Of a DNA stretch of 34,080 bases, positions 18,145 through 29,205 are shown one piece after another. Source of the DNA: Nitrospinota bacterium (lineage in GTDB: Bacteria > UBA8248). Location: contig JAZAHK010000015.1 of the NCBI GenBank assembly GCA_036231405.1, forward strand, positions 1 through 34,080, given 5' to 3'. The notes beneath the pieces are model-generated. The model was not told where the DNA came from, did not search any database, and saw nothing but the letters and a program-made list of their open reading frames with translations. How positions within the stretch are numbered: position 1 is the first letter of the stretch; each line of letters begins with the position of its first letter. The translations under genes and the position numbers were made by a program.

Positions 18145-18519
18145 ATGATACCAGGGGAATATATCCTTTCGAAAGATTCTATTACTTTAAATAAAGGAAG
18201 AAATACGATTAGCGTTATTGTCGCTAACCGTGGTGACAGACCTATACAAGTTGGTTCACACTTTCATTTTTTCGAAGTGAATCGTTTTTTAAGCTTTCCA
18301 CGAGAAAAAGCATATGGAATGCGCTTAAATATTCCTGCTGGTACTGCTGTCCGCTTTGAACCCGGAGATGAAAAAGAAGTCGTTCTCGTAGAATTTGCAG
18401 GCACAAAAAATGTCATTGGATTAAATTCATTAACTGAAGGAATCATCGATTCTGACAAAAACAGGAAAGAATCTTTAGACAGAGCAAAAAAAGAAGGATT
18501 CATGGGAGATTTGTCATGA
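18145..18519 (+). CDS. ureB: Urease beta subunit
   Basis: [37 protein letters not shown]. Confidence 0.97.
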   Translation: MIPGEYILSKDSITLNKGRNTISVIVANRGDRPIQVGSHFHFFEVNRFLSFPREKAYGMRLNIPAGTAVRFEPGDEKEVVLVEFAGTKNVIGLNSLTEGIIDSDKNRKESLDRAKKEGFMGDLS

Positions 18520-20237
18520 CATACAATATAAGCAGGAATGCTTATGCCGATATGTTTGGTCCTACCAAAGGGGACAAAGTACGTCTTGCAGACACTGAAC
18601 TTTTTATAGAGGTAGAAGAAGATCGAACTGTTTATGGGGATGAATCTAAGTTTGGAGGAGGGAAAGTTCTTCGTGACGGTTTAGGGCAATCTCCACTCGC
18701 CACACGAGAAGAAGGAGCTGTCGACTTATTAATAACGAATGCCCTTATCGTTGACTACTGGGGAATCATAAAAGCGGACATAGGTATTAGAGACGGATTG
18801 ATAGTAGGTATTGGAAAATCCGGTAATCCAAATTTAATGGACAAAGTAGACAATTCTCTCATAGTTGGTGCATCCACAGAAGTTCTCGCCGGAGAGGGAA
18901 TGATTGTAACCGCAGGAGGAATAGATAGTCATATTCATTTTATTTGTCCACAGCAAATTGACGAGGCTTTATCTTCTGGCATTACCACTATGTTTGGTGG
19001 AGGGACAGGTCCAGCCACAGGGACAAATGCAACAACATGCACTCCTGGTTCTTGGAACATTTCTAGAATGTTGCAAGCAACTGAAACATACCCTATGAAT
19101 CTTGGATTCCTAGGAAAAGGAAATTCTTCTAGACCTGATTCACTTAAAGAACAAATTTTATCAGGTGCTATTGGACTGAAATTACATGAAGACTGGGGGA
19201 CCACACCCGCGGCAATAAATTGTTGTTTAGAAGTAGCAGATGAATTTGATGTTCAGGTTTGTATTCATACGGACACGTTAAATGAATCAGGATTCGTTGA
19301 AGATTCGATTAAAGCTTTTAAAAATCGAACTATTCATACGTATCATACTGAAGGAGCCGGAGGAGGTCATGCTCCTGACATTATTAAAGTTTGCGGACTA
19401 GATTCCGTACTACCATCTTCTACTAATCCAACAAGACCTTTTACAGTAAACACTATAGACGAACATCTTGACATGCTGATGGTCTGTCACCATTTAGATA
19501 ACAAAATTCCAGAAGACGTAGCTTTTGCGGAATCTCGAATTAGGCCAGAAACTATTGCAGCAGAAGATATTCTTAACGATCTGGGCGCTTTTAGTATTAT
19601 GGGTTCTGATTCACAGGCAATGGGGAGAGTTGGAGAAGTAATTATTCGTACATGGCAGACTGCAGATAAAATGAAAAGACAAAGAGGTACTCTAACTTTA
19701 GATTCAAGTTCTAACGACAATTACAGAGTAAAAAGGTATATTTCAAAATATACCATCAATCCATCAATCACTCATGGCATCTCAAACTATGTAGGTTCTA
19801 TAGAAGTTGGGAAAATGGCAGATTTGGTTCTTTGGAAACCAGCATTTTTTGGAGTGAAGCCTGAGATAGTTTTAAAAGGCGGATTTATTGCGCAAGCTGC
19901 AATGGGAGATGCGAATGCGTCTATACCAACACCGCAACCTGTTTTAAGTCGTCCTATGTTTGGCTCCATGGGGAAAGCAGTTGGAGCCACTTCTTATTCT
20001 TTCATATCGAAATCTGCGGCAGAAACAAAAGATTTTAAATCTGAATTAGGGCTTGACAAAATTATTGCACCTGTTTCTAAGTGCCGTGACATCGGCAAAA
20101 AAGATATGATCTTGAATGATTATCTTCCAAAAATCGAAGTGGACCCTGAGACATATATTGTGAAGGCAGACGGAGAAATACTTACTTGCGAACCATCTGA
20201 AGTCCTCCCTATGGCACAACGTTACTTTCTTTTTTAA
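18516..20237 (+). CDS. ureC: Urease alpha (catalytic) subunit
   Basis: [53 protein letters not shown]; ends AQRYFLF. Confidence 0.98.
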   Translation: MTYNISRNAYADMFGPTKGDKVRLADTELFIEVEEDRTVYGDESKFGGGKVLRDGLGQSPLATREEGAVDLLITNALIVDYWGIIKADIGIRDGLIVGIGKSGNPNLMDKVDNSLIVGASTEVLAGEGMIVTAGGIDSHIHFICPQQIDEALSSGITTMFGGGTGPATGTNATTCTPGSWNISRMLQATETYPMNLGFLGKGNSSRPDSLKEQILSGAIGLKLHEDWGTTPAAINCCLEVADEFDVQVCIHTDTLNESGFVEDSIKAFKNRTIHTYHTEGAGGGHAPDIIKVCGLDSVLPSSTNPTRPFTVNTIDEHLDMLMVCHHLDNKIPEDVAFAESRIRPETIAAEDILNDLGAFSIMGSDSQAMGRVGEVIIRTWQTADKMKRQRGTLTLDSSSNDNYRVKRYISKYTINPSITHGISNYVGSIEVGKMADLVLWKPAFFGVKPEIVLKGGFIAQAAMGDANASIPTPQPVLSRPMFGSMGKAVGATSYSFISKSAAETKDFKSELGLDKIIAPVSKCRDIGKKDMILNDYLPKIEVDPETYIVKADGEILTCEPSEVLPMAQRYFLF

Positions 20238-20244
20238 GGTACTT

Positions 20245-20685
20245 ATGCAAATTATAGAAACCATTTCTGGTCACTTAACAAAAGGGGAAACGCGAGACAT
20301 ACATAAGGTCGCACTCGGTTGGGAAGATCGTACAAAGAGCAGACAAAAAGTGAAAACAGAACAGGGAGAAGAATTCGCAATAGCCCTTTCTACCGGTCAA
20401 ACTCTAAATATTGGAGATATTCTTTTAGAAGACAAAGGAAGAGTAGTCGTTATTGACTCAATAAAAGAAGATGTTCTAGTAGTGTATGCATCCTCTCCTG
20501 AAGAGATGGCTAAAATAGCTTTTCAAATCGGAAATCGACATGCACCCATACAAATTGAAAAAGATAGGATACTAACTCCTTATGATCGGCTAATGGAAGA
20601 TTTCTTGAAGAAACAACATTTTCACTGCGAAGTTGCTGTTGAAACTTTTACCCATGACTTTTCTACTTACCACCATCATTCTTAA
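20245..20685 (+). CDS. ureE: Urease accessory nickel chaperone
   Basis: WEDRTKSRQKV, GDIL, AFQIGNRHAP, short His tail HHHS. Confidence 0.92.
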   Translation: MQIIETISGHLTKGETRDIHKVALGWEDRTKSRQKVKTEQGEEFAIALSTGQTLNIGDILLEDKGRVVVIDSIKEDVLVVYASSPEEMAKIAFQIGNRHAPIQIEKDRILTPYDRLMEDFLKKQHFHCEVAVETFTHDFSTYHHHS

Positions 20686-20690
20686 GTTCC

Positions 20691-21380
20691 ATGTGCCCAA
20701 ATTCAATATACAAACTATTACAAATATCCGACACTGCTTTCCCGCGCGGTTCTTTTGCACATTCTCTAGGTCTTGAAACTTATGTAAGCAACAATAAAAT
20801 CATTGATTCTGGTTCCCTATGTAGATTGATTGAAAATTTATTAAAACATAGTGTCGGCACATTAGATGCTATCTACCTAAAAGAGTCTTATAAATTTGCA
20901 AAAAAAAACGATTTAGATAAAATCATAGAACTTGACATAGAACTAAATGCCACTAAGCCAGTTGCCTCTCTTCGAAATGCAAGCCATAGCGTTGGGAAAG
21001 AATTCCTGAGAACATCTTCTGAATATCTCCCTAATGACCTGATGAAAAGCTATTTGAAGCACATAAACAATGACGTTGCATATGGGCATTACCCTATTTC
21101 ATTCGGTGTAGTTTCTTCAGTTATGGACATACCATTAGAACAATCGATGGAAAGCTTTTTCTTTGGGTTTATTTCTTCCTTGGTTTCTGCTGGAGTGAGG
21201 TTAATTCCAATTGGGCAGACTGAGGGCCAAAAAATCATAGCAAATATGGAGAAATTACTACCAGAGATAATAGAAGATTCATTAAAAAGGTCCATATCTA
21301 AATCTTTTTCTTTTGCACCTGCATATGAAATACAAGCTATGTCACACCATCGTTTACACACAAGGCTGTTTATTTCATAA
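20691..21380 (+). CDS. ureF: Urease accessory protein
   Basis: [32 protein letters not shown]; ends HTRLFIS. Confidence 0.93.
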   Translation: MCPNSIYKLLQISDTAFPRGSFAHSLGLETYVSNNKIIDSGSLCRLIENLLKHSVGTLDAIYLKESYKFAKKNDLDKIIELDIELNATKPVASLRNASHSVGKEFLRTSSEYLPNDLMKSYLKHINNDVAYGHYPISFGVVSSVMDIPLEQSMESFFFGFISSLVSAGVRLIPIGQTEGQKIIANMEKLLPEIIEDSLKRSISKSFSFAPAYEIQAMSHHRLHTRLFIS

Positions 21381-21399
21381 ACAGCAAGGGAGAAACTTA

Positions 21400-22011
21400 A
21401 TGGAAAAAGAAGCTGTAAAAATAGGCGTTGGAGGCCCTGTTGGTTCTGGAAAAACTGCACTTGTTGATACGCTCTGCAAAACCTTAAGAGACAATTATAA
21501 AATTGCAGTCGTAACCAACGACATCTACACTAAAGAGGATGCTGAATTTCTTACCAGAAGCGGTTCTCTAACTGCTGATAGAATCCTCGGAGTGGAAACA
21601 GGAGGATGTCCTCATACCGCAATTCGAGAAGATATTTCCTTAAATAGAGAAGCAATAGAAAAACTTTCAAAGGAACTAGGTTCGCTTGACTTAATATTTG
21701 TCGAAAGTGGTGGAGACAACCTCGCCGCAACCTTCAGCCCAGAACTTGTAGATGCCTCTATTTACGTAATTGATGTGTCAGCCGGGGATAAAATCCCAAG
21801 AAAAGGTGGTCCTGGAATCACTAGATCTGATCTTCTTCTAATCAATAAAATTGATCTGGCACCTTTTGTAGGCGCAAGTCTAGATGTAATGGATAGAGAC
21901 ACCAAAAAAATGCGTGGCTCAAAACCTTTTTTATTCACGAACATAAAAAAACAAGAAGGAGTTAACGCTATCGTCGAATGGCTTGAAACTGAAGTCCTTT
22001 TTGTCAGGTAG
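21400..22011 (+). CDS. ureG: Urease accessory GTPase
   Basis: [41 protein letters not shown] 21400 with GGGAG SD. Confidence 0.97.
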   Translation: MEKEAVKIGVGGPVGSGKTALVDTLCKTLRDNYKIAVVTNDIYTKEDAEFLTRSGSLTADRILGVETGGCPHTAIREDISLNREAIEKLSKELGSLDLIFVESGGDNLAATFSPELVDASIYVIDVSAGDKIPRKGGPGITRSDLLLINKIDLAPFVGASLDVMDRDTKKMRGSKPFLFTNIKKQEGVNAIVEWLETEVLFVR

Positions 22012-22018
22012 TACTCCA

Positions 22019-22879
22019 ATGATGTTACATAACCAAAAAATAGAAAACAAAATGGTTGGCAAACATGGCATTGTTGATGTTAGGTTTGAGAAGACTCTAA
22101 ACAAAACGGTTCTCCGCAATGAATTCTCCAGAATCCCTCTAAAAATCATCAAACCTTTTTATCCAGAAGAAGATGGAACGGCATACTTAACGATAATCAG
22201 TCCTACAGGAGGTCATGTCGGAGGAGATAAATTAGAATTTAGATTTGAAATAGCAAAAGATTCCAAGGCACTTATTACAACGCAAGGCGCAACAAAAATC
22301 TATAAAAGTATAGACGAAAGTGTTTGTTCTTCTATGGATATAAGCATCGCCGAAAATGGTACTTTTGAATTTGTTCCAGATCCAATCATTCCATTTGCAA
22401 ATTCTAGCTATGTGCAAAATGTAAATGTAGAAATGCATGAAAACGCAAAATTCTTATATGCAGAAACTTTATATCAAGGCAGAGCAGCCTCAGGAGAGAG
22501 TTTTGACTACACCTTATTAGAACTACGTCTAAAAGTCAGAATGAACGGTATCCCTATTCTAACTGACTCACTCATGATCAAACCTCAAGATAGCAATATA
22601 GGAAATGAAGGATTATTCGAATCATATCCATTCCTAGGAAGTTTTTACATTATCGGCGAAACAAGAAAAAATCTTCTTAGTATTACAACTGAAGCGGATA
22701 CCCTTCTTTCTGATAAAGAAGAAATTATAGGAGGAAGTACTATCTTTTTAGATAAAGGAGTGATGATTCGATTTTTAAGTAAATCAGCTATTTCACTTAG
22801 AGAATACTATTATAATTTATGGAATATATCTCGAAAAATACTTTTAAAAAAAGAATCTATTTTGTTAAGAAAATTATAG
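22019..22879 (+). CDS. ureD: Urease accessory protein
   Basis: PLKIIKPFYPE, SPTGGHVGGD, TTQGATKIYKS, PDPIIPFANS, GRAASGESF; exact start uncertain. Confidence 0.9.
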   Translation: MMLHNQKIENKMVGKHGIVDVRFEKTLNKTVLRNEFSRIPLKIIKPFYPEEDGTAYLTIISPTGGHVGGDKLEFRFEIAKDSKALITTQGATKIYKSIDESVCSSMDISIAENGTFEFVPDPIIPFANSSYVQNVNVEMHENAKFLYAETLYQGRAASGESFDYTLLELRLKVRMNGIPILTDSLMIKPQDSNIGNEGLFESYPFLGSFYIIGETRKNLLSITTEADTLLSDKEEIIGGSTIFLDKGVMIRFLSKSAISLREYYYNLWNISRKILLKKESILLRKL

Positions 22880-23005
22880 TAACTAATTGTTTTTATTTAC
22901 AGTACTTATATTTTTCTTGAAATAGAATTCGATATACGACAAACATGATCAAAAGCATAAAAAGAGAAATACTTAAATGGTTAACCTAAACTGCAAAGGA
23001 ACAAG

Positions 23006-23437
23006 CTATTTACAATACTCATTCAAAACTTTCTTTGATATCGAATGCAATTTAGGAGTAAGCCAGTTTAAATGCTTTTCCATTGGAGGAAGAATATTAA
23101 ATTCACCCTTATGGTGAATTGGATTTCTATGAGCCATTTCATGTTCGAAGCGAACAGTTTTCAAGACAAGGAAAGATTTTTTTTTGCAGTCATACTTTAA
23201 ATACCGTAACTCTGAAAAATATATTTTATAATCATCAGCATACCAATATGTGCGCGGTTTTTTGTAATCCAATAGTGTCCATCCATACCTATAGCCACCC
23301 TCTTTCACAAGCCTTTCACTGTCCAAATAAATGCCAACTCCATTTTTCGAATTCATAAGAAACTTAAAATTCGCAATAGACAAAGTAGGATTTATTAAAA
23401 ATGCAACAAATACCAATAAAATTATTTTTTTCGACAC
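23006..23437 (-). CDS. Exported hypothetical protein (possibly surface-adhesin E-like fold)
   Basis: Signal peptide, IYLD, WTLLDYKKP, YDCKK and a terminal Cys (possible disulfide). Confidence 0.55.
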   Translation of the reverse strand: MSKKIILLVFVAFLINPTLSIANFKFLMNSKNGVGIYLDSERLVKEGGYRYGWTLLDYKKPRTYWYADDYKIYFSELRYLKYDCKKKSFLVLKTVRFEHEMAHRNPIHHKGEFNILPPMEKHLNWLTPKLHSISKKVLNEYCK

Positions 23438-23559
23438 AGGTGGTTTTCCAAAATACTAAAGACATAAAGCATACAAAATTAATGAATAAATTATTTAGAC
23501 ATTTCTAGGAAATCTATTTTCTTTAAGAAACTGTAAAATACTTTATTTCTTAAAAATTT

Positions 23560-25650
23560 TTATTTCATTTCTGGTTTTTCGAAGAGCACTTTCTTTCTAC
23601 TCTTCTTCAGTTTCGTATACCGAGCTTGCGTCATAATACAAGAAACGTAAAGCGTACTATTCTTCAATTTGTTTGCTCTAAGATAGGGGCTTAAATTTTT
23701 CACTTCTCGGGTTGAGTAATTCACACTATTTGCATCCAAAAAGTTGCTTAAAATTGATTTTTTTATAGCAAAATTAACGTTTTCTGGATAATCCTTAGTA
23801 ACTTTCGCAACCTTAGGGTTAAGTTTAAGATATGTAACGCCCAAAACGTTAGTATTCATATCCGTTACAGGACCACCGCTATTCCCTTTATTGATAGGAG
23901 CGTCAAATCTAAAACTGGAATAATTATTTTTTATGCCGACCAAGGAACTTATAATTCCCTTAGTTATAGTCAGCGATTTACCAAGAAGGTATCTACCAAA
24001 AGGATACCCGGAAACCAAAACATCCTCAGTTACCTGTAATTTTCTTGGACGAATAGACAAGAACGAATCCGGTTTAATCTTAGCTTTTAGTAAGGCAAGA
24101 TCATTACTAACATCTGTAGCTAAAAGTTTAGCAAAAAACTTTCGCCCATCATCGAGATAAATTTGAAGGCCGTTGCAAGATCTTACAACATGATAATTCG
24201 TTATTAAATGACCAGTATTTGAAATAAAAAATGCCGTCCCACTACCTGCACGCAAATATTTCTTCTTCTTAGCTCGTGCCTTTTCCAATCGCTCTTTTCT
24301 TTTTCTTGATTCTAAAAATTGTTTCTCTATTTTAGACTGAAATTTTCTGTTCTGCTCACGCAAACTTCTAATCTCATTTTTTAATTCTTTCAAAATGTTT
24401 TCATTAACAAGATCTCTTCTGTCCCTCTTTGGTTGGAATTTTTTCGGAGATTGTTTTCTTGCAAATTGCCAATTTTGATCGAGCTTTTTTAAGTGCTTTA
24501 AGACTTTCTTGTTGCCGTTATTATATGCTTTTCTATACCAATCTAATGCTAGTTGATGATCCCTGTTCCCCGTCAAACCATGGTGATAAATAAAACCTAT
24601 CAGACCTTGTGCAATTGAATCTCTCTTCGATGCTGACTTAAGCAGCCATCTCAAAGCTTCGTGAGCATCTTTCTGTACACCACGACCGCTCAAATACATA
24701 TATCCTAGATTACCCTGCGCTCTTGGATAACCTTTTTCTGCAGCTTTTCGGTACCATTTGACTGCTTCATAATAATCTTTCGATACTCCTCGACCATTCG
24801 CATACATCCAGCCCAGATTACTCTGTGCCTTGATATTTCCCTGCTCTGCAGACTTACGGTACCACTTAGCTGCTTCATAGTAATCTTGAAGAACTCCACG
24901 TCCCTTAAGGTACATCCAACCTAGATTGTTCTGAGCAATACGATTCCCCTTATTTGCTGCTAGACGGTACAGTCTAACTGCCTCGTATAAATCTTGAGTA
25001 ATTCCAAGACCTTTTGAATACATATAACCTAAATTAACTTGTGCTAACGCGTATCCTTTGTTTGCTGATTTTCGAAACCAATAGACTGCTTTTGAATAAT
25101 CTTTACTTACTCCCATTCCTCTAAGATACATTAAACCTATCTTGTTTTCTGCTCTCAAATCTCCGTTTTCTGCCGCTTTTCGAAACCATTTTATAGCTTC
25201 ATAATAATCTTTACTTACTCCCATTCCTTTATAATACATAAAACCTAAATTATATTGCCCTTTTACGAATCCTTGATCAGCAGCTTTTCGGTACCATTTA
25301 GCCGCTTCATTATAATCTTTCGGTACCCCTCGGCCTTTCAAGTAGAGGAAGGCCAGATTGTATTCTCCAAACTTATTTCCTTGTTCGGCAGCTTTGCGGT
25401 ACCACTGAGCCGCCACATAATAATCTTTCTTTACTGCACGACCATTGGCGTACAATAAGCCAATATAAACTTGTGCATTTGCATTGCCCTCTTCAGCTAA
25501 GGAAATGAATTCGTTATAGGCAGTACCATAATGTTTATTTTTGTACGCAATTACTCCCTCTCTATAACCTGCATGTAAATTTGTACACGCAATTGCCAAC
25601 AATAGGGTCAGAATTGAAAAAAAATATTTAAAAAAATTAGCTCTTCTCAT
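23560..25650 (-). CDS. Exported Sel1-repeat protein with basic coiled-coil linker and C-terminal trypsin-like (S1) serine protease
   Basis: Nine 36-aa Sel1 repeats; GSGTAFFIS, TNYHVV, DLALLK, NKGNSGGP catalytic triad motifs; ATG 25650 preferred over TTG 25662. Confidence 0.9.
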   Translation of the reverse strand: MRRANFFKYFFSILTLLLAIACTNLHAGYREGVIAYKNKHYGTAYNEFISLAEEGNANAQVYIGLLYANGRAVKKDYYVAAQWYRKAAEQGNKFGEYNLAFLYLKGRGVPKDYNEAAKWYRKAADQGFVKGQYNLGFMYYKGMGVSKDYYEAIKWFRKAAENGDLRAENKIGLMYLRGMGVSKDYSKAVYWFRKSANKGYALAQVNLGYMYSKGLGITQDLYEAVRLYRLAANKGNRIAQNNLGWMYLKGRGVLQDYYEAAKWYRKSAEQGNIKAQSNLGWMYANGRGVSKDYYEAVKWYRKAAEKGYPRAQGNLGYMYLSGRGVQKDAHEALRWLLKSASKRDSIAQGLIGFIYHHGLTGNRDHQLALDWYRKAYNNGNKKVLKHLKKLDQNWQFARKQSPKKFQPKRDRRDLVNENILKELKNEIRSLREQNRKFQSKIEKQFLESRKRKERLEKARAKKKKYLRAGSGTAFFISNTGHLITNYHVVRSCNGLQIYLDDGRKFFAKLLATDVSNDLALLKAKIKPDSFLSIRPRKLQVTEDVLVSGYPFGRYLLGKSLTITKGIISSLVGIKNNYSSFRFDAPINKGNSGGPVTDMNTNVLGVTYLKLNPKVAKVTKDYPENVNFAIKKSILSNFLDANSVNYSTREVKNLSPYLRANKLKNSTLYVSCIMTQARYTKLKKSRKKVLFEKPEMK
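24517..25488 (-). repeat. Nine tandem 108-nt Sel1 coding repeats
   Basis: 36-aa periodicity (A/G-Q-x-N-L-G-x-M-Y-x-x-G-x-G-V...W-Y-R-K-A-A); TAATCTTTACTTACTCCCATTCCT recurs 108 nt apart near 25097 and 25205. Confidence 0.85.
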
Positions 25651-25811
25651 AACACCTTTCAATTTTTTATTTTAATGAATCATACTATAGAATAAAACGT
25701 TTTTGAAAAAAAATTTGATTAATTCTGTTATTCAAAGAATTCGTATGGAAAAATAAAAAAAGAAAATTCAAGTATTTACTTTAATAACCAATTGTAACTA
25801 TTTGAATTTAT

Positions 25812-25888
25812 TGGTCGGGGCGAGAGGACTTGAACCTCCGACCTCTGGTCCCCCAGACCAGCGCGCTACCAGGCTGCGCCACGCCCCG
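25812..25888 (-). tRNA. tRNA-Pro (anticodon GGG)
   Basis: CGGGGCG...GCGCAGCCTGGTAGCGC...CTGGT-CTGGGGG-ACCAG...GGAGGTTCAAGTCCTCT-CGCCCCG-ACCA; all four arms pair; 77 nt with encoded CCA. Confidence 0.97.
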
Positions 25889-25904
25889 ATTTCTGAAATT
25901 TATC

Positions 25905-26807
25905 TCATTTTAAACTAATGAGCAATCCACCGCTTACAACCATAATTGCAGCAAAAATCACCAGTGAATTAATCTTCTCAATTTTTCTGAAGAATATAGA
26001 GCTAAACAAGACCACCCACAAGGGAGTCAATCTACTCACTGGAAGAATTAAGGTCACATCACCAAAAGTCAAAGCGTTCATAAAACAAAATGCAGCCATT
26101 AGATTAAAAATTCCGCCTATAAGAAAACAAATCAAGCTTTTGGTGGGTGCAAAAATTGCATTTCCTTTTGGCAAAATGGGCCTAGCAAGTAGCAATAAAA
26201 CATTACCTAGACCAAATGCAACTCCTAAAGCAAGATACGGTGTTTTCTGATAAAAATATCCATATTTCGTGAAGATAGGTGCGATAGCATATACAAAAGA
26301 AGAAACAACCGGAAAAATAAGAGCTGTTTGAAACCAGTGTTTGAAATCCGTTTCTACGTTGTCTCTACCAATTGTTAATGCGCATACTCCTACCACAATT
26401 AAGACTGTCCCAATGAGAACTTTAAAAGTGGGATTTTCACCAAGGAAAAACATGGCAAACAAAACACCCCAAATAGGAGTTGTAGAAGCTACTAGGGTTG
26501 AAGAGCTTAAGTCCATACGAACCACAGCTACCATCCTACAAATGGCCCCCACCCCCGCTCCTATAATTCCCATAGAACCAAACCAGAATATAGCCATAGG
26601 AATAATATTGTTCCAATCTTCATAAAAATAAGAAGCTGTAAATCCACCTAAACTTACAACCGAGTTGATAGTCAGTACTGCAGTCAAAGGAGTTGAAAAT
26701 CTCATCCCTTGACGAAGAAGAACCAATGTGATGGAAAATAAAATAGAAGAACTAAGACCTAGAAGCTGCGCTAATCCAAAATGTGATAAAAAAACAGGCA
26801 AAATCAA
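25905..26807 (-). CDS. EamA/DMT family transporter
   Basis: About 10 hydrophobic helices in two EamA halves; [22 protein letters not shown]; start uncertain. Confidence 0.85.
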   Translation of the reverse strand: MILPVFLSHFGLAQLLGLSSSILFSITLVLLRQGMRFSTPLTAVLTINSVVSLGGFTASYFYEDWNNIIPMAIFWFGSMGIIGAGVGAICRMVAVVRMDLSSSTLVASTTPIWGVLFAMFFLGENPTFKVLIGTVLIVVGVCALTIGRDNVETDFKHWFQTALIFPVVSSFVYAIAPIFTKYGYFYQKTPYLALGVAFGLGNVLLLLARPILPKGNAIFAPTKSLICFLIGGIFNLMAAFCFMNALTFGDVTLILPVSRLTPLWVVLFSSIFFRKIEKINSLVIFAAIMVVSGGLLISLK

Positions 26808-26909
26808 TCCTAAGAAATGGAGACAGGGGTTTAAAATTACAGTTATCGAGGTTAACGTAAATAAATTGATGCGGCTAGCGAGCAGATAAAAAAATGATAT
26901 GATTGAATC

Positions 26910-27641
26910 ATGGAAAATCTAAAAAATAAAACCGTTTTAGTTACAGGTTCAAGCAGAGGTATAGGAAAAGCATGCGCTATTTCTCTTGCAAAAAAATGCG
27001 GATTAATCATTGTTCACTATCACAAGAGGAAAAAAGACGCTGAAGACACCTGCATGAAAATTCATAATCTCGGCGGGAAAACCATGCTTATCCAATCCGA
27101 TGTTTCTCAAACAAATGAAATTGATTCCATGGTCAAAAAAATTCAAGATTCCGGAGAAGAAGTATCTATTCTTATTAATAATGCTGGAATTGTAGTTAAA
27201 AAATCATTAGAAGAAATGAATGAAGAAGCATGGGACATTGTACTAGATGCAAATCTAAAATCATCTTTTCTTCTTACACAGGCATGTATACCTTCAATGA
27301 GAAAAAATAATTGGGGACGTATTATCAACATCTCTTCTCATGCAGCTATAACTGGTGGAAGTACAGGTCCCCATTACGCAGCTTCTAAAGCGGGAATGAA
27401 CGGATTAACCCATTACTACGCAAAAGTGCTCGCTGAAGAAGGAATTACTGTAAATTCTGTTGCACCTGGTGTCATAGAAACGGACATGATTACCAAAGAC
27501 ATTGGGGTTTCCAAACCTTGGGCTCCCGTAGGACGTTTTGGAACTGCAGAGGAAGTCGCCAATGTCGTAGAAATGCTTGTAGATAACGGTTATATGACTG
27601 GACAAACCTTGATTCTTAATGGAGGAATATACATGAATTAG
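26910..27641 (+). CDS. SDR-family oxidoreductase (FabG-like)
   Basis: VTGSSRGIG, NNAG, YAASK catalytic motif, VNSVAPG. Confidence 0.9.
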   Translation: MENLKNKTVLVTGSSRGIGKACAISLAKKCGLIIVHYHKRKKDAEDTCMKIHNLGGKTMLIQSDVSQTNEIDSMVKKIQDSGEEVSILINNAGIVVKKSLEEMNEEAWDIVLDANLKSSFLLTQACIPSMRKNNWGRIINISSHAAITGGSTGPHYAASKAGMNGLTHYYAKVLAEEGITVNSVAPGVIETDMITKDIGVSKPWAPVGRFGTAEEVANVVEMLVDNGYMTGQTLILNGGIYMN

Positions 27642-29128
27642 GAGTACTCTTTAGCATTTGCGCTAGCAGCTATTCCTGCTAGACGCCCATAAACAGCTCC
27701 TAATGTTAATCCCGCCCCACCTGGATAATTGAAATAATACACACCTCCAACCAATTCACCTGCTGCAAACAAACCTGGAATGATTTGGTTTTCTGTATTA
27801 ATTACTTCCGCCTTATTATTTACTCTAATCCCACCAAAAGTGAATGTAATTCCAGTTGTCACACTGTAAGCTTCGTAAGGAGGTTCATCGATTGGTTGCG
27901 CCCAATTCGATTTGGGTGGAGAAATTCCTTCCGTACATTTGCCGTCTTTTACAGTGGGATCAAATTTCCCTGGTTGAATAGAAGCATTAAATTCTTTAAT
28001 CGTCTTCACAAATCCTTCGACATTAATTTCCAACTTCTCTGCTAGTTCTTCGAGGCTATCTGCTTCCGTTTTAGTAACATCGCGAATTCGATATTCGTCT
28101 CTCATAAGATGTAATGTCTTTTGATCAAAAATTTGAAATGCCGTCCTTTGAGGCTGCCCCATAATCAAGCCGCCATATTTCGCATAGGTATAATTACGAA
28201 AATCAGCACCTTCATCTAAGAACCTTTCCCCGTTAATATTTACAACTACACCAAAAGGATAGGAATGTTTCTGGTAAGACTCTCCTACCGTCAAGTCTCC
28301 GAAAGCAGGAGCGTTTAAATCCCATGCAACTGAATGACACCCACTCCAGTGTCCATAAGGTTGCGCTCCAATATCCAATGCCATTTTAATACCATCTCCC
28401 GTATTGTAGGGAGTACCTCTTACCTTAGCGAGTTCCCACCCTGGCCCCAGATATCTACAACGCATTTCACTATTTGCTTCGAAACCTCCAGAGGCGAGAA
28501 CAACCGAAGGGGCATGAACATCGTAAGAACCATTAGGTCCTCTGACGGAAACACCCGTTACTCTTCCCTCTGAATCTGTGATTAATTTAGTGGCTTTAGA
28601 TTCGTATCGTATTTCTATGCCTGCATTTATTGAAGCATCAAGCAAGGCATCAATAAGTCCCCATCCCCCGCCAACAATCTCAAGTATCAAGCCTCCCCAA
28701 AAGCGAAGTTTTCCATCTACCTTAAATGCTTGTCGTCCACCAGCAAGAACCAGTCTTAACCCTTTCGTTTTCATCCATTTCAAGGTTGGAAGTGATTGAT
28801 CTATTAAAGTAGATGCTAAATCCCCGTCAGTTTGATATTCAGTCACTCTGGCAAGATCATCAAAAAATTTCTCGCGAGTATAAGGCTCTATTTCAATATT
28901 TTCTTTTTCTTCATCAGAAAGATCTGGGACAAGATCGTAAATGGCATCCATTCCTTGAAATGCAAAACGAAACAAGCCACCTGAGAATGCAGAATTTCCA
29001 CCTTTCCATGGTTCAGGAGCTTTCTCCAACACTAAGACAGATGCATCACCATCACGTGCAGATAATGCTGAACACAACGCTGCATTACCGCAACCTATTA
29101 CGACAACATCGTATTTTTTTTCATTCAT
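27638..29128 (-). CDS. FAD-dependent tricarballylate dehydrogenase TcuA-like / flavocytochrome c-type flavoprotein
   Basis: VVVIGCGNAALCSALSA, GGNSAFS, ASGGFEAN, VRGTPYNTGDG, RFLDEGADF.NYTYAKYG, GITFTFGG, NYPGGAGLT. Confidence 0.82.
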   Translation of the reverse strand: MNEKKYDVVVIGCGNAALCSALSARDGDASVLVLEKAPEPWKGGNSAFSGGLFRFAFQGMDAIYDLVPDLSDEEKENIEIEPYTREKFFDDLARVTEYQTDGDLASTLIDQSLPTLKWMKTKGLRLVLAGGRQAFKVDGKLRFWGGLILEIVGGGWGLIDALLDASINAGIEIRYESKATKLITDSEGRVTGVSVRGPNGSYDVHAPSVVLASGGFEANSEMRCRYLGPGWELAKVRGTPYNTGDGIKMALDIGAQPYGHWSGCHSVAWDLNAPAFGDLTVGESYQKHSYPFGVVVNINGERFLDEGADFRNYTYAKYGGLIMGQPQRTAFQIFDQKTLHLMRDEYRIRDVTKTEADSLEELAEKLEINVEGFVKTIKEFNASIQPGKFDPTVKDGKCTEGISPPKSNWAQPIDEPPYEAYSVTTGITFTFGGIRVNNKAEVINTENQIIPGLFAAGELVGGVYYFNYPGGAGLTLGAVYGRLAGIAASANAKEYS

Positions 29129-29205
29129 TCAAATTATCCTTGTTCAAAAATTTAAAATTTATTTCGAATATAGGTTATTTTTCATTCACAAATTAATATA
29201 CTGAC

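Noticed and set aside
21313-21399. Extended N-termini of ureG, ureA, ureD, surE and pcm from the ORF track
   Set aside because: Upstream TTG starts overlap preceding genes or lack an SD; downstream ATGs give family-typical lengths
22880-25830. Integrative element at the 3' end of tRNA-Pro(GGG)
   Set aside because: No integrase and no duplicated tRNA 3' fragment (att site) noticed; the pseudo-tRNA at 30720 is full-length, on the opposite strand and a different isoacceptor
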